Assembly: GCA_965208325.1 (NCBI GenBank)
Contig: OZ242326.1
Span: 4,368,153-4,432,152 of the forward strand
Source of the DNA: Candidatus Poribacteria bacterium
GTDB lineage: Bacteria; Poribacteria; WGA-4E; PCPOR2b
Length of the DNA stretch: 64,000 nucleotides
Direction of reading: 5' to 3'
Position numbers and translations under genes: made by a program. Below, piece by piece: positions 19,671 through 29,517 of this stretch; within the stretch, counting starts at the first letter, position 1; every line of letters begins with the position of its first letter. The notes beneath the pieces are model-generated. The model was not told the origin of the DNA. It did not search any database and saw nothing but the letters and a program-made list of their open reading frames with translations.

Positions 19671-21962
19671 TCAGCCGCCTGTGGAGAGTTTCAATCTTCT
19701 GAGCGTAAATTTCGTGTATCGTTCTTCGCCTTCAACAATCCGGATAAATTGGTTAGATGGAACATCGCGGAATGTCTGCGTGATGTTGGTGGTTGGCCAG
19801 AAGATTTCTAATCTTTCAATTTTTGAAGCGTCCCCCAACCCTATGGTTTGCCGCAGCGGATTGCCGCCAAAGGTGCCGCCGCTGTTGACGTGCTTGTAGA
19901 TTGAACGCGGCGAACCGTTTTCGATGATTTCGGCATGGATTCGGGCGCCGATAGCGGAACGGTTAGATCGAACTCCGACGAGCTTAACGGTTATCCAGTG
20001 ATTACCAAAGCCGGGATTCTCATATAAGATGTTGCTGTACGCGTCTCCGGGGAGTGCACCGCCCATCTGCTCAAAGATGTCCTGATCGCCATCGTTGTCT
20101 AGATCAGCGAACGCGACGCCGTGCCCCTTCTGCAAATGGCTGAACCCGCCCGAAACGCTCACGTCCGCGAACCGTAACCCACGGTCATTGCGGTACATGA
20201 CGTTAGGCATGATATTCTCGTAGTCCGGGTATCCGGTACCGAGGTAAAAATCGAGATAGCCGTCATTGTCCAAGTCGCCAAAGTTGGACCCCATGGGCGC
20301 TGTAGGACGTATCAGGTTACATTTCCTTGACACTTCTTCAAAGCCGCCCTGCCCATCCCCGCGATACAGACGAGCCATAACTTCGTTCGCTTGTTCCGCC
20401 CCCGGTCGAATCCGACTGGCTGTGAGGTGTTCGAGTTTTGCAGAATAAGCCGAGACATACAAATCCAAGGCTCCGTCGTTGTCAAAGTCCCAAAACCAAG
20501 CCGGGAAGCTAGCTTCCGGAAGGTCAACGTTGAGCCTGCTAGCCATAGGCGTGAATGTTCCGTCTCCGTTGTTGTGATACAGGCGGTTGCGCTCCTTTAA
20601 ATTCGAAACGTATAAATCAGGCCAGCGGTCTCCGTTGTAGTCGCCCCAATTAACGGCTTTGGTGTATCGATCATTCTGCACGCCCGCCCGGGCGGCGACA
20701 TCTGTGAATGTCCCGTCTCCGTTATTGCGGAACAGTTGGCAAGGTGCACGCAAGTTCTTACCATTCCGATTTTTAGAAGTTTCGTTGCCAATGTATACAT
20801 CAAGGTCGCCGTCACTGTCGTAGTCCGCCCAAGCCGCAGTGCCGGTAGGGTAGTGCACTTCCGCCAACCCGGCATCGAAAGTGACGTCTGTGAACGTACC
20901 GTCGCCGTTATTGCGCAGGAGTGAGTTTGGGTGCTGTCCCTGCGCAATAAGCCAGGCGCCGCGCAATACAAGTATATCGGTGTCGCCATCGTTATCATAG
21001 TCCGCTTGTACCATGTTCAATCCGCCGTAAATACCCGTCAGTCCCGCCTCGTTTGAAACGTCTGAAAACGTGCCGTCCCGGTTGTTTTTAAAGAAGTGCA
21101 TCTGTCCCCGGGAATCCCATGTCGACGTTACGATGTCGAGGTAATCGTCATTGTCAAAATCGTCCACAATTGCTCCGCCCGACAGGTCAAAAGTATCGAG
21201 CCCTAACTTTGGTGCGATATTCATGAAACGCGGAATCTGCTCCTCAGATTCGAACGCTTTGCGCGGGATGAGGTATGCCTTGGGTATCTGCTCAGGGTAA
21301 CCTCCGATTGTCATGTACGCGATGTTTAACAGCCAACGTGCTGCTAGATGCAGCGATTCATACGTTGGCGTATTCTCCAGTACGCGGCTAAAATAAGAGA
21401 TTGCCAGTTTTGACGGCCGCTGCTGGATATGTATCCCGCCGCCTCGAATCGGGAGAATACAACTATCCACTGTGTTTCGCAGACAGCAGTTTTCCGTTTC
21501 GCCGCGCCGCATTTGCGCAACGCCAAGCCGAAAAAGGGTATGATTCACAATCTCCGCCGGAACCGTACTTTTCATTATTTCGGTTAATTCTAGGGCACGC
21601 TCAAGGCACTCAATTCCCTCTTCTTCATCTCCCAATCGAAGCAGCGCGTGTCCCAACTGCATATTTACCGTCCATCTCGTGCGATTTGATGCTTCATCGG
21701 GCAAGCTGGATAGGCGGTTGCGGAGAAAGTGTACATCCGAATTTCCCAAATAGGCGTTATTCTTGGAAGTTCCATCGGCAATCGATTTAAGCAGCATAAG
21801 CATCCGCTGGTGCCCTGCCGAATCTCTTGGCGCTGAGGGTTCTGAATTCGATGACGCCTTGGCTGTTGAAGCCGCATATCCAATATCAGGCGAAATACCG
21901 GTTATTTTGCTGAGAAACACCAAGTCAATTAAGAAAACTAACAGCATAGCAGCCTTTTGCAT
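19671..21962 (-). CDS. FG-GAP/VCBS-repeat ASPIC/UnbV protein with N-terminal helical (TPR-like) region
   Basis: 763-aa ORF with signal peptide and repeated DYDNDGDTDILV / LLRNNGDGTFTDVT units. C-terminal region is NHWITVKLVGVRSNRSAIGARI.....GGTFGGNPLRQTIGLGD...ERLEIFWPT. Confidence 0.85.
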   Translation of the reverse strand: MQKAAMLLVFLIDLVFLSKITGISPDIGYAASTAKASSNSEPSAPRDSAGHQRMLMLLKSIADGTSKNNAYLGNSDVHFLRNRLSSLPDEASNRTRWTVNMQLGHALLRLGDEEEGIECLERALELTEIMKSTVPAEIVNHTLFRLGVAQMRRGETENCCLRNTVDSCILPIRGGGIHIQQRPSKLAISYFSRVLENTPTYESLHLAARWLLNIAYMTIGGYPEQIPKAYLIPRKAFESEEQIPRFMNIAPKLGLDTFDLSGGAIVDDFDNDDYLDIVTSTWDSRGQMHFFKNNRDGTFSDVSNEAGLTGIYGGLNMVQADYDNDGDTDILVLRGAWLIAQGQHPNSLLRNNGDGTFTDVTFDAGLAEVHYPTGTAAWADYDSDGDLDVYIGNETSKNRNGKNLRAPCQLFRNNGDGTFTDVAARAGVQNDRYTKAVNWGDYNGDRWPDLYVSNLKERNRLYHNNGDGTFTPMASRLNVDLPEASFPAWFWDFDNDGALDLYVSAYSAKLEHLTASRIRPGAEQANEVMARLYRGDGQGGFEEVSRKCNLIRPTAPMGSNFGDLDNDGYLDFYLGTGYPDYENIMPNVMYRNDRGLRFADVSVSGGFSHLQKGHGVAFADLDNDGDQDIFEQMGGALPGDAYSNILYENPGFGNHWITVKLVGVRSNRSAIGARIHAEIIENGSPRSIYKHVNSGGTFGGNPLRQTIGLGDASKIERLEIFWPTTNITQTFRDVPSNQFIRIVEGEERYTKFTLRRLKLSTGG

Positions 21963-22500
21963 GCCTAAACGCCCGCTAAATCAGATAGAATTATCAGTTT
22001 CATGCAACCCAAAATTTACACCGACGAACTTCCCGTATAGTATCGTTTAGTTGAGCGTGTTATCGAACACCATTCATCTTGTCAATTATTTCTGCAGGTT
22101 GCGGCGCATCACGCCATCCGCACCAACGGCTAATAATTCAATAAAAAGGTGTCTAATTGACCGCAAATTACGGACATTTTTTGTTGGACAATTTGGGGCG
22201 ATTGCTCTAAAATGGAAACGAATTACATACAGACTTTGATGCGGTTATTGGATTCAGAATTCCGGGAGTCAACCGAACTTATCCAATATCGTATCACGCC
22301 GAAAAATACATTGTCAAGAGGGGAGTTCCGTGTCTCCAAGCGCAATAATATGAGACAATATTCCATTTTTTGCTGCGGGTTCGGCGAGCCTGTTTGAAGC
22401 GGCTTTTTTTCATAAAGAGACGCCCGAATTATTAAATATATGAACATTGTCATTTAAACGCGGAATTGCGGATATTCAAGAGGAGAAAGGCTTTCAGCTA

Positions 22501-23124
22501 ATGAGCGACACGCAACGCCACAAAACGTTACTACTATTTGGCGCACCCGGTGTAGGAAAAGGGACGCAAGGAAAGATGCTTGGATCCATACCGGGATTTT
22601 TCCATCTCTCCAGCGGCGATATATTTCGTGCGCTTGACGCAAATTCCAGACTCGGCAAACTTTTTCATGACTATTCATCGCGCGGCGAACTTGTTCCAGA
22701 CGATATTACGATTCAAATCTGTACGGAGTTTATCTCGGACCTTACTGCCGAAAGCGGCTATGAATTTGGTACAAGTTTGCTAATCCTTGACGGTATCCCG
22801 CGGAATGTCAATCAAGCGCATCTGATGGCGGCGCAGGTCAACGTGCTAAAAATTGTCCATCTCGTGTGCGAAGATTTGGAAACGCTCATCGCGCGGCTTC
22901 GCGGACGCGCCATCAAAGAGAACCGAACCGACGATGCACAGGAGTCAGTTATCCGACGGAGATGGGAAGTTTACCGAGAAGAGACGTCCCCGCTGCTCGA
23001 ACATTATCCGGAGTCAATTATTGCTAACGTGAACGGCATCGGCAGCCCGGCCGAGGTTTTGTATCGGATACTTGAGGTGCTTATTCCCTTGCAGAACCAC
23101 CACCTCGACAGCCCGCCAATTTAA
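22501..23124 (+). CDS. adk: Adenylate kinase
   Basis: From the ATG at 22501: MSDTQRHKTLLLFGAPGVGKGTQGKML (P-loop), followed by LSSGDIFR and LILDGIPRN motifs. About 207 aa. Confidence 0.85.
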   Translation: MSDTQRHKTLLLFGAPGVGKGTQGKMLGSIPGFFHLSSGDIFRALDANSRLGKLFHDYSSRGELVPDDITIQICTEFISDLTAESGYEFGTSLLILDGIPRNVNQAHLMAAQVNVLKIVHLVCEDLETLIARLRGRAIKENRTDDAQESVIRRRWEVYREETSPLLEHYPESIIANVNGIGSPAEVLYRILEVLIPLQNHHLDSPPI

Positions 23125-23162
23125 CTGTGCTTGGTCGATGGTTAACTGAATATGCCTTAAAG

Positions 23163-23882
23163 CCTAATTGAAAAATAGGTGACAAAGCCATTCTTGGGCG
23201 TTTGAGTTGTTATAACCGGTGGAACTTCTATTGTGCGGGATTTACTATTGCCTTCGCTATTCGCTCAGTTGATTCTATTCGGTAGCTTGATTTCACCTAA
23301 TACCTTACGCCAGCGTTGGGCGGGGCAAGATGCCCCGCCTAGAAGGCGCGGTGGTGGACGCGGGGCAAGATGCCCCGCCTACAAGGCGTGGTGGTGCACG
23401 TGGGGCAAGATGCCCCGCCTACAAGGCGTGGTGGTGCACGTGGGGCAAGATGCCCCGCCTACAAGGCGTGGTAGTGGACGCGGGGCAAGATGCCCCGCCT
23501 ACAAGGCGTGGTAGTGGACGCGGGGCAAGATGCCCGCCTACAAGGCGTGGTAGTGGACGCGGGGCAAGATGCCCCGCCTACAAGGCGTGGTGGTGGACGA
23601 GGGGCAAGGTGCCCCGCCTACAAGGCGCGGTGGTGGACGCGGGGCAAGATGCCCCGCCTACAAGTCGTGGTGGTGGACGCGGGGCAAGATGCCCCGCCTA
23701 GAAGGCGCGGTGGTGGACGCGGGGCAAGATGCCCCGCCTACAGGGCGTGGTGGTGGACGCGGGGCAAGGAAGATCTCTATCGCACTCCTTATTCAGTCGC
23801 TTGATTCCCGGCTACGGAGGGTAGTGGGGTACTTTGCACCTGACGCCCGTTTGGGGCTGTATAAAATGAACTTTCAAACAGG
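23163..23882 (+). mobile_element. MITE-like element, copy 2, carrying an expanded 40-bp tandem repeat
   Basis: Ends are CCTAATTGAA (23163) and TTCAAACAGG (23873). The left arm is homologous to 16718..16860. The right arm (GAAGATCTCTATCGCACTCCTTATTCAGTCGCTTGATT ... CTGTATAAAATGAACTTTCAAACAGG) is homologous to 44103..44376. Confidence 0.5.
23319..23768. repeat. 40-bp tandem repeat, 11 full copies plus one partial, each with a 9-bp-stem GC hairpin
   Basis: GGGGCAAG starts at 23322, 23362, 23402, 23442, 23482, 23522, 23561, 23601, 23641, 23681 and 23721, with a partial copy at 23761. The unit is GGGGCAAGATGCCCCGCCTACAAGGCGTGGTGGTGGACGC, and the hairpin is GGCGGGGCA-AGA-TGCCCCGCC. There are no unique spacers. 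Confidence 0.95.
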
Positions 23883-24006
23883 CTCTTATCAGGGGTAAAC
23901 CTGAAATGCCTTTAAGGCGTCTTTTGCGTAAAGGATTCAACGTTCCCTCAAAATGGAAATACCATCCGTGAACGACGATTGTAAATGATTGAACGGAGAC
24001 ATTGAT

Positions 24007-25050
24007 GTGATTGAAGTTGATAACCTCACAAAAAATTACGGCACCACGGAAGCTTTGCGAGGCGTGTCCTTTAAGATAGATAAAGGCGAAGTGGTAGGCT
24101 TTCTCGGCCCAAACGGCGCGGGTAAAACAACGGCGATGCGCATATTGACCTGTTTCATGCCCGCAAGCGGCGGAAGCGCCGCGGTTGCGGGCTATGATGT
24201 GTTCAAGGAATCCCTCGAAGTTAGGAAACACATCGGCTATCTTCCCGAGAGTGTGCCGTTGTACCCGGAGATGACTGTTACGGGGTATCTCAAATTCGTC
24301 GCAAAAATCAAAGGGACGCGACGCGGGGTACGAGCAGAGCGGTTGAACTTAACCATTGACGCCTGCGGATTAAACGAGCACCGGAACCAAATTGTCGGTC
24401 ATCTGTCCAAAGGGTTTCGGCAACGCGTCGGATTGGCGCAAGCGCTTATTCATGATCCGGATGTCCTAATTCTGGATGAGCCCACGTCGGGGCTGGACCC
24501 GCGCCAAATTGTCGAGATTCGCGAACTCATCAAAAACTTGGGCAAGGATCGCACAATCATCCTCAGCACACACATACTGCCGGAAGCTAGTATGACCTGC
24601 GAACGGTTGATTGTAATCAATGAAGGGCGGATTACCGGGAATGTAAAGCTGGTGGAAGGACGCGCCGTCTCGGTTGACGCGGGTGAGGGCGAGCACACCG
24701 AACTAGGCCGTGAGAATGAAATTTATCTTGAAGTGGCAGCGCCGGCTGACGCCATTCCCTCAGCATTAAGCGAAATTCCCGATGTCAGGCGAGTTGAAAA
24801 CCGGGGTTTGAGTCCGGGAAACAACCCGACTTTTCATGTCGGTTGCGATGCCAACGTGGATATTCGTGCGCAATTATCCTCGCGAATTATACAAAACGGT
24901 TGGGGGCTGCTTGAAATGCGTTCGGTAGATATTACGCTTGAAGAACTCTTCCTGAAATTGACCACGCAGGCGGACAAGGGTTCCTACGATGAGGGAAGTA
25001 ATTCGCCGGACTTCGAAGTGGAGGCTGGAGGCAGTCCAACCGCCGATTAG
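24007..25050 (+). CDS. ABC transporter ATP-binding protein (ABC-2 / drug-exporter type), no permease gene adjacent
   Basis: Walker A GPNGAGKTT, signature LSKGFRQR, Walker B VLILDEPTSGLD. Start re-set to the GTG at 24007 (M/VIEVDNLTKNYG), with GGAG 9 nt upstream. There is a ~110-aa C-terminal extension. Confidence 0.85.
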   Translation: MIEVDNLTKNYGTTEALRGVSFKIDKGEVVGFLGPNGAGKTTAMRILTCFMPASGGSAAVAGYDVFKESLEVRKHIGYLPESVPLYPEMTVTGYLKFVAKIKGTRRGVRAERLNLTIDACGLNEHRNQIVGHLSKGFRQRVGLAQALIHDPDVLILDEPTSGLDPRQIVEIRELIKNLGKDRTIILSTHILPEASMTCERLIVINEGRITGNVKLVEGRAVSVDAGEGEHTELGRENEIYLEVAAPADAIPSALSEIPDVRRVENRGLSPGNNPTFHVGCDANVDIRAQLSSRIIQNGWGLLEMRSVDITLEELFLKLTTQADKGSYDEGSNSPDFEVEAGGSPTAD

Positions 25051-25072
25051 CTCAAATGATGGTTTAAGTGTG

Positions 25073-25480
25073 CTATGACTGCTTCGCAACTCTCAAGCGG
25101 TTTTCCGCTCTAGCTAACGCGGCTTCGGCGCGCGTGCGGTTAACCCCCGGATCCCGCGACTCCAGAAGTTCCTTTGCGCGCTGGCGCGCGGCTTCGGCGC
25201 GCTCAATGTCAATGTCGGACGCCCACTCTGCGGTATCCGCCAACACGGTAACGCCGGTTCGCAGCACCTCAAAAACGCCGCCGCTCGTAGCAAGAGATTT
25301 AGCCGCCTCGGATTCTCGGATTCGAATCTCTCCAGCCTCCAAGACTGTGAGAAAAGGAATATGCCCCGAGAGTATCTCAAACAAACCGAGTTCACCGGGG
25401 GCTCTCACGCTCGTAACTTCCCCGTCATAAATTAACTGTTGGGGCGTTCTGATTTCCAAAAGTAGTCGTTTTTCGAGCAT
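25073..25480 (-). CDS. atpC: F1 ATP synthase subunit epsilon
   Basis: 135 aa. The N-terminal beta-sandwich region is LEIRTPQQLIYDGEVTSVRAPGELGLFEILSGHIPFLT, followed by a C-terminal helical hairpin. It lies directly downstream of atpD. Confidence 0.9.
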   Translation of the reverse strand: MLEKRLLLEIRTPQQLIYDGEVTSVRAPGELGLFEILSGHIPFLTVLEAGEIRIRESEAAKSLATSGGVFEVLRTGVTVLADTAEWASDIDIERAEAARQRAKELLESRDPGVNRTRAEAALARAENRLRVAKQS

Positions 25481-25494
25481 TTTTTTCCGGTTAG

Positions 25495-26928
<1,434 letters not shown>

Positions 26929-27110
26929 CTATATTGCGAATTTTTTCAGTAAATTAGGGAATTCAAAATGTACGCCGGATTTTATCTGGAAAATAATTTC
27001 CTGTTGGTCTGCATTGGCGAAGATGCATTATACAGCGAATCTAAAATGTTGCATGAGTTGAGGTACGGCTCCCAAACGCTCGGCTTGTGAAGCCGCACCA
27101 ATCTCAACGG

Positions 27111-27917
27111 CTACTCCTCTGCGTAGTCCAATCGCTGCGCGTACAGAAGTTGCGACGACCGGCTTGTGCGGTTCGGGAGTTCAATACTAACAGCCAGTGC
27201 CGCTTCGGTTTCCATGTACCTATTGGCGTCTGCGATGCTATCGAACTCAAACTCAACATACCGGTGCGGCGTTGCGCCGTGAATATTGTCGTATGAGGCA
27301 ATCCGCTTGACCTCTTCAGGTTCCTGCAGACTTGGTGCCACAGTCGCAATCCAATCCAGATACGCGTCTTTTCCGCCAAGCGGGTAGTCCACCAAATAAA
27401 CCAGTTTAACCGTCCGCGTGGGGTTTTCGTCCTTAGTATATTCCGATGAGCGTTGCGCGAACACATGCGTACTCACTTGGCTGCTGCGATTTGGGAGATC
27501 CCGAAACACCGCAGCCACATCGGGTCGGCGTAGATATTTTGCCGCATCCGATAAATTATCAAATTCAAACTCAACCAGCCGATGCGGATTTTCCCCGCGA
27601 ACATTGTCGTAAGATGCCACCCGGTTAAGTTCTTCGGGTGCCAGCAATGTCGGAGCGACTTCCGCTATCCAAGCGAGATAGGCGGCTTTTCCGCCGACCG
27701 GATAGTCGACCAACCAGACTACCTTCACCGGTAAAGTTTCCAACTCAACCATGTCGGAGTCCATAGGCGGCATGATGTCAATCGGAGGCGTCGTGTCGGG
27801 CTCGTCATCCTCCGGCGTCATCACATCCATCATCATATCTTGGGACAGATCGCAACCGATTAAAGCTACCGCTGTCAAGATAGCCACAACTAACATGCGC
27901 CTTAGTTGAAATGTCAT
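27111..27917 (-). CDS. Lipoprotein with two tandem ~100-aa repeats (possible ferredoxin-like ABM/Dabb-type fold)
   Basis: Start re-set to the ATG at 27917 (MTFQLRRMLVVAILTAVALIGC, lipobox LIGC), with AAGGAGG 7 nt upstream. There is an internal duplication: VKVVWLVDYPVGGKAAYLAWIAEVAPTLLAPEELNRVASYDNVRGENPHRLVEFEFD versus VKLVYLVDYPLGGKDAYLDWIATVAPSLQEPEEVKRIASYDNIHGATPHRYVEFEFD. The fold assignment is a guess. Confidence 0.6.
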   Translation of the reverse strand: MTFQLRRMLVVAILTAVALIGCDLSQDMMMDVMTPEDDEPDTTPPIDIMPPMDSDMVELETLPVKVVWLVDYPVGGKAAYLAWIAEVAPTLLAPEELNRVASYDNVRGENPHRLVEFEFDNLSDAAKYLRRPDVAAVFRDLPNRSSQVSTHVFAQRSSEYTKDENPTRTVKLVYLVDYPLGGKDAYLDWIATVAPSLQEPEEVKRIASYDNIHGATPHRYVEFEFDSIADANRYMETEAALAVSIELPNRTSRSSQLLYAQRLDYAEE

Positions 27918-28075
27918 CAGTTTGCCTCCTTTGGTGTAATAAATCATGATTAGTTAAGTTTAAACCATCCGCTCACATCAGTTCTGAAAACCGAATTTCC
28001 CGTTGCATCCAGGTTCTGTTTGCTGACTTTGAAAGGCATAATTTCACCTTCCAAAGCACCGTGAAATACTGGCGT

Positions 28076-28474
28076 TTACTCGTCGAAATGGTAGATTATT
28101 TGGTCGAAGCGGTGGCAGGCAAATGAGAACACGAAAATTAACGGCTCGCCGCCGGTGCACCGGACGGCATGTTTCGCGTTCGACGGAATAAAGACCGCCG
28201 AACCCGGTTCTATCTCCGATTCGTGATTCTCAATTGTCATATGGCCCGTGCCGCTGACGACGTAATACGTCTCCTCGGGCTCGTGGTGGTGAAGGGGAAG
28301 CCGCGTACCGGTTGGGAAATCCGCTATGCCTGTAACCAGCCCGCTGCTCGGTCCTTTTTCGCCGGTAACCAGAAGTTTCCAGCGAATCTGGCTTTTGGCG
28401 GCAATGACGGGATCGGCCCAACCCTCCCAAGCGAGTTCTGCTTGATTGATGATTATGGGTTTCTGACCGCTCAT
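28076..28474 (-). CDS. Cupin-domain protein
   Basis: Cupin motifs LPLHHHEPEETYYVVSGTG and GSAVFIPSNAKHAV. Start set to the ATG at 28474 (MSGQKP...). The ORF-track start at 28483 is a GTG. Confidence 0.75.
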   Translation of the reverse strand: MSGQKPIIINQAELAWEGWADPVIAAKSQIRWKLLVTGEKGPSSGLVTGIADFPTGTRLPLHHHEPEETYYVVSGTGHMTIENHESEIEPGSAVFIPSNAKHAVRCTGGEPLIFVFSFACHRFDQIIYHFDE

Positions 28475-28521
28475 AACTTCCACGTTTTTTCGGTATTGAG
28501 AAAGGACACCGCATCAGGAAT

Positions 28522-29388
28522 TTAACCCTCAAGTGCCGCTGCGCCGCTCACAATCTCCGAAATCTCCGTCGTAATCTGCGTCTGGCGTGCCCGGTTCCGC
28601 TGTAAGACCAAATCGTCAATGAGTTCCTTGGCGTTTCGTGTGGCATTCTCCATCGCCGTCATCCGCGCCGCTTGCTCGGCAGCGTTGGAGTCCAAAAGCA
28701 CCTTCCACATCTGCATATTAAGATGTTTCGCCAATACCGACTGAAATATCGCATCTTGTTCGGGCTCATAGAGATAATCTAGGAACAGGTCGTCGCCGGT
28801 CGGCACTTCCGGGGTAAGCGGCAGCAACTGCTCGACCAAGACCGTCTGCAGAATGGCAGATTTGAAATCGTTGTAGATGACCTCCACTTTATCGACCGCT
28901 TTGTCTCTGTAAAGAGGCTCAAACTCTGCCACTATGGCGACTGCTGACTCGAATGCAAGTTGCCGAAAAATGTTCACATATTCGGCGATGATATTATAAT
29001 TGCGCCGTGCGAAATGGTCGCGTGTGCGCCTGCCGACGCAGATGACCGAGACCTCCGAGCCCTGCGCTTCATAGTAAGCCCTCCGCTGCGTTGTTGTTCG
29101 AATGACATTGCTGTTAAAGCTGCCGCACAACCCGCGGTCCGCGGACACGGAGATGAGGCAAACCCGCTTCAGTTTGCGTGACTCGAGCAGGGGATGGGTA
29201 GGATTCTCAATCTGCGAAATAAGATGTCCCAAAATGGTGTTGAATTTTTCCGCGAACGGGCGCGTCGCGAGGATGTTTTCTTGTGCGCGCCGCAGCCTCG
29301 CCGCGGCGACCACTCGCATCGCATCCGTCACCTGCGCAATATTTTCGATACTTGCGATTCGGCGCCTAATTTCACGTAGTGTTGACAT
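28522..29388 (-). CDS. atpG: F1 ATP synthase subunit gamma
   Basis: 288 aa: MSTLREIRRRIASIENIAQVTDAMRVVAAARLRRAQ ... ITTEISEIVSGAAAL, with the typical gamma N- and C-terminal helices. Confidence 0.95.
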   Translation of the reverse strand: MSTLREIRRRIASIENIAQVTDAMRVVAAARLRRAQENILATRPFAEKFNTILGHLISQIENPTHPLLESRKLKRVCLISVSADRGLCGSFNSNVIRTTTQRRAYYEAQGSEVSVICVGRRTRDHFARRNYNIIAEYVNIFRQLAFESAVAIVAEFEPLYRDKAVDKVEVIYNDFKSAILQTVLVEQLLPLTPEVPTGDDLFLDYLYEPEQDAIFQSVLAKHLNMQMWKVLLDSNAAEQAARMTAMENATRNAKELIDDLVLQRNRARQTQITTEISEIVSGAAALEG

Positions 29389-29406
29389 GGGGGAAAGTTA
29401 GAAGAA

Positions 29407-29504
29407 TAATGAGTAAAGCGTAATGCGTAATGCGTAATGCGTAATGAGTAATGAGTAATGAGTAATGCGTAATGAGTAATACGTAATGCGTAATGCGTAA
29501 TGCG
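29407..29504. repeat. Heptanucleotide microsatellite (TAATGCG/TAATGAG/TAATACG), 14 units
   Basis: Read directly: TAATGAG TAAAGCG (TAATGCG)x3 (TAATGAG)x3 TAATGCG TAATGAG TAATACG (TAATGCG)x3. It lies between the atpG start and the 4HB gene stop. Confidence 0.95.
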
Positions 29505-29517
29505 TGATTAAGAAGGA

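Noticed and set aside
23319-23768. The 40-bp periodic array could be a CRISPR array.
   Set aside because: The whole 40-bp period is conserved, so there are no unique spacers. The hairpin takes 21 nt and the remaining 19 nt are also repeated. No cas genes are in the window, and the same unit occurs as a single copy inside a homologous element at 16860.
23233-23898. Four overlapping plus-strand ORFs of 93-123 aa encode Gly/Arg/Pro/Trp-rich repeats (e.g. GQDAPPTRRGGGRGARCPAYKAWW).
   Set aside because: They are open only because the 40-bp repeat lacks stops in several frames. The period is not a multiple of 3, so the peptide repeat drifts between frames. There is no Shine-Dalgarno sequence and no recognisable family. 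The same applies to 43557..44105.
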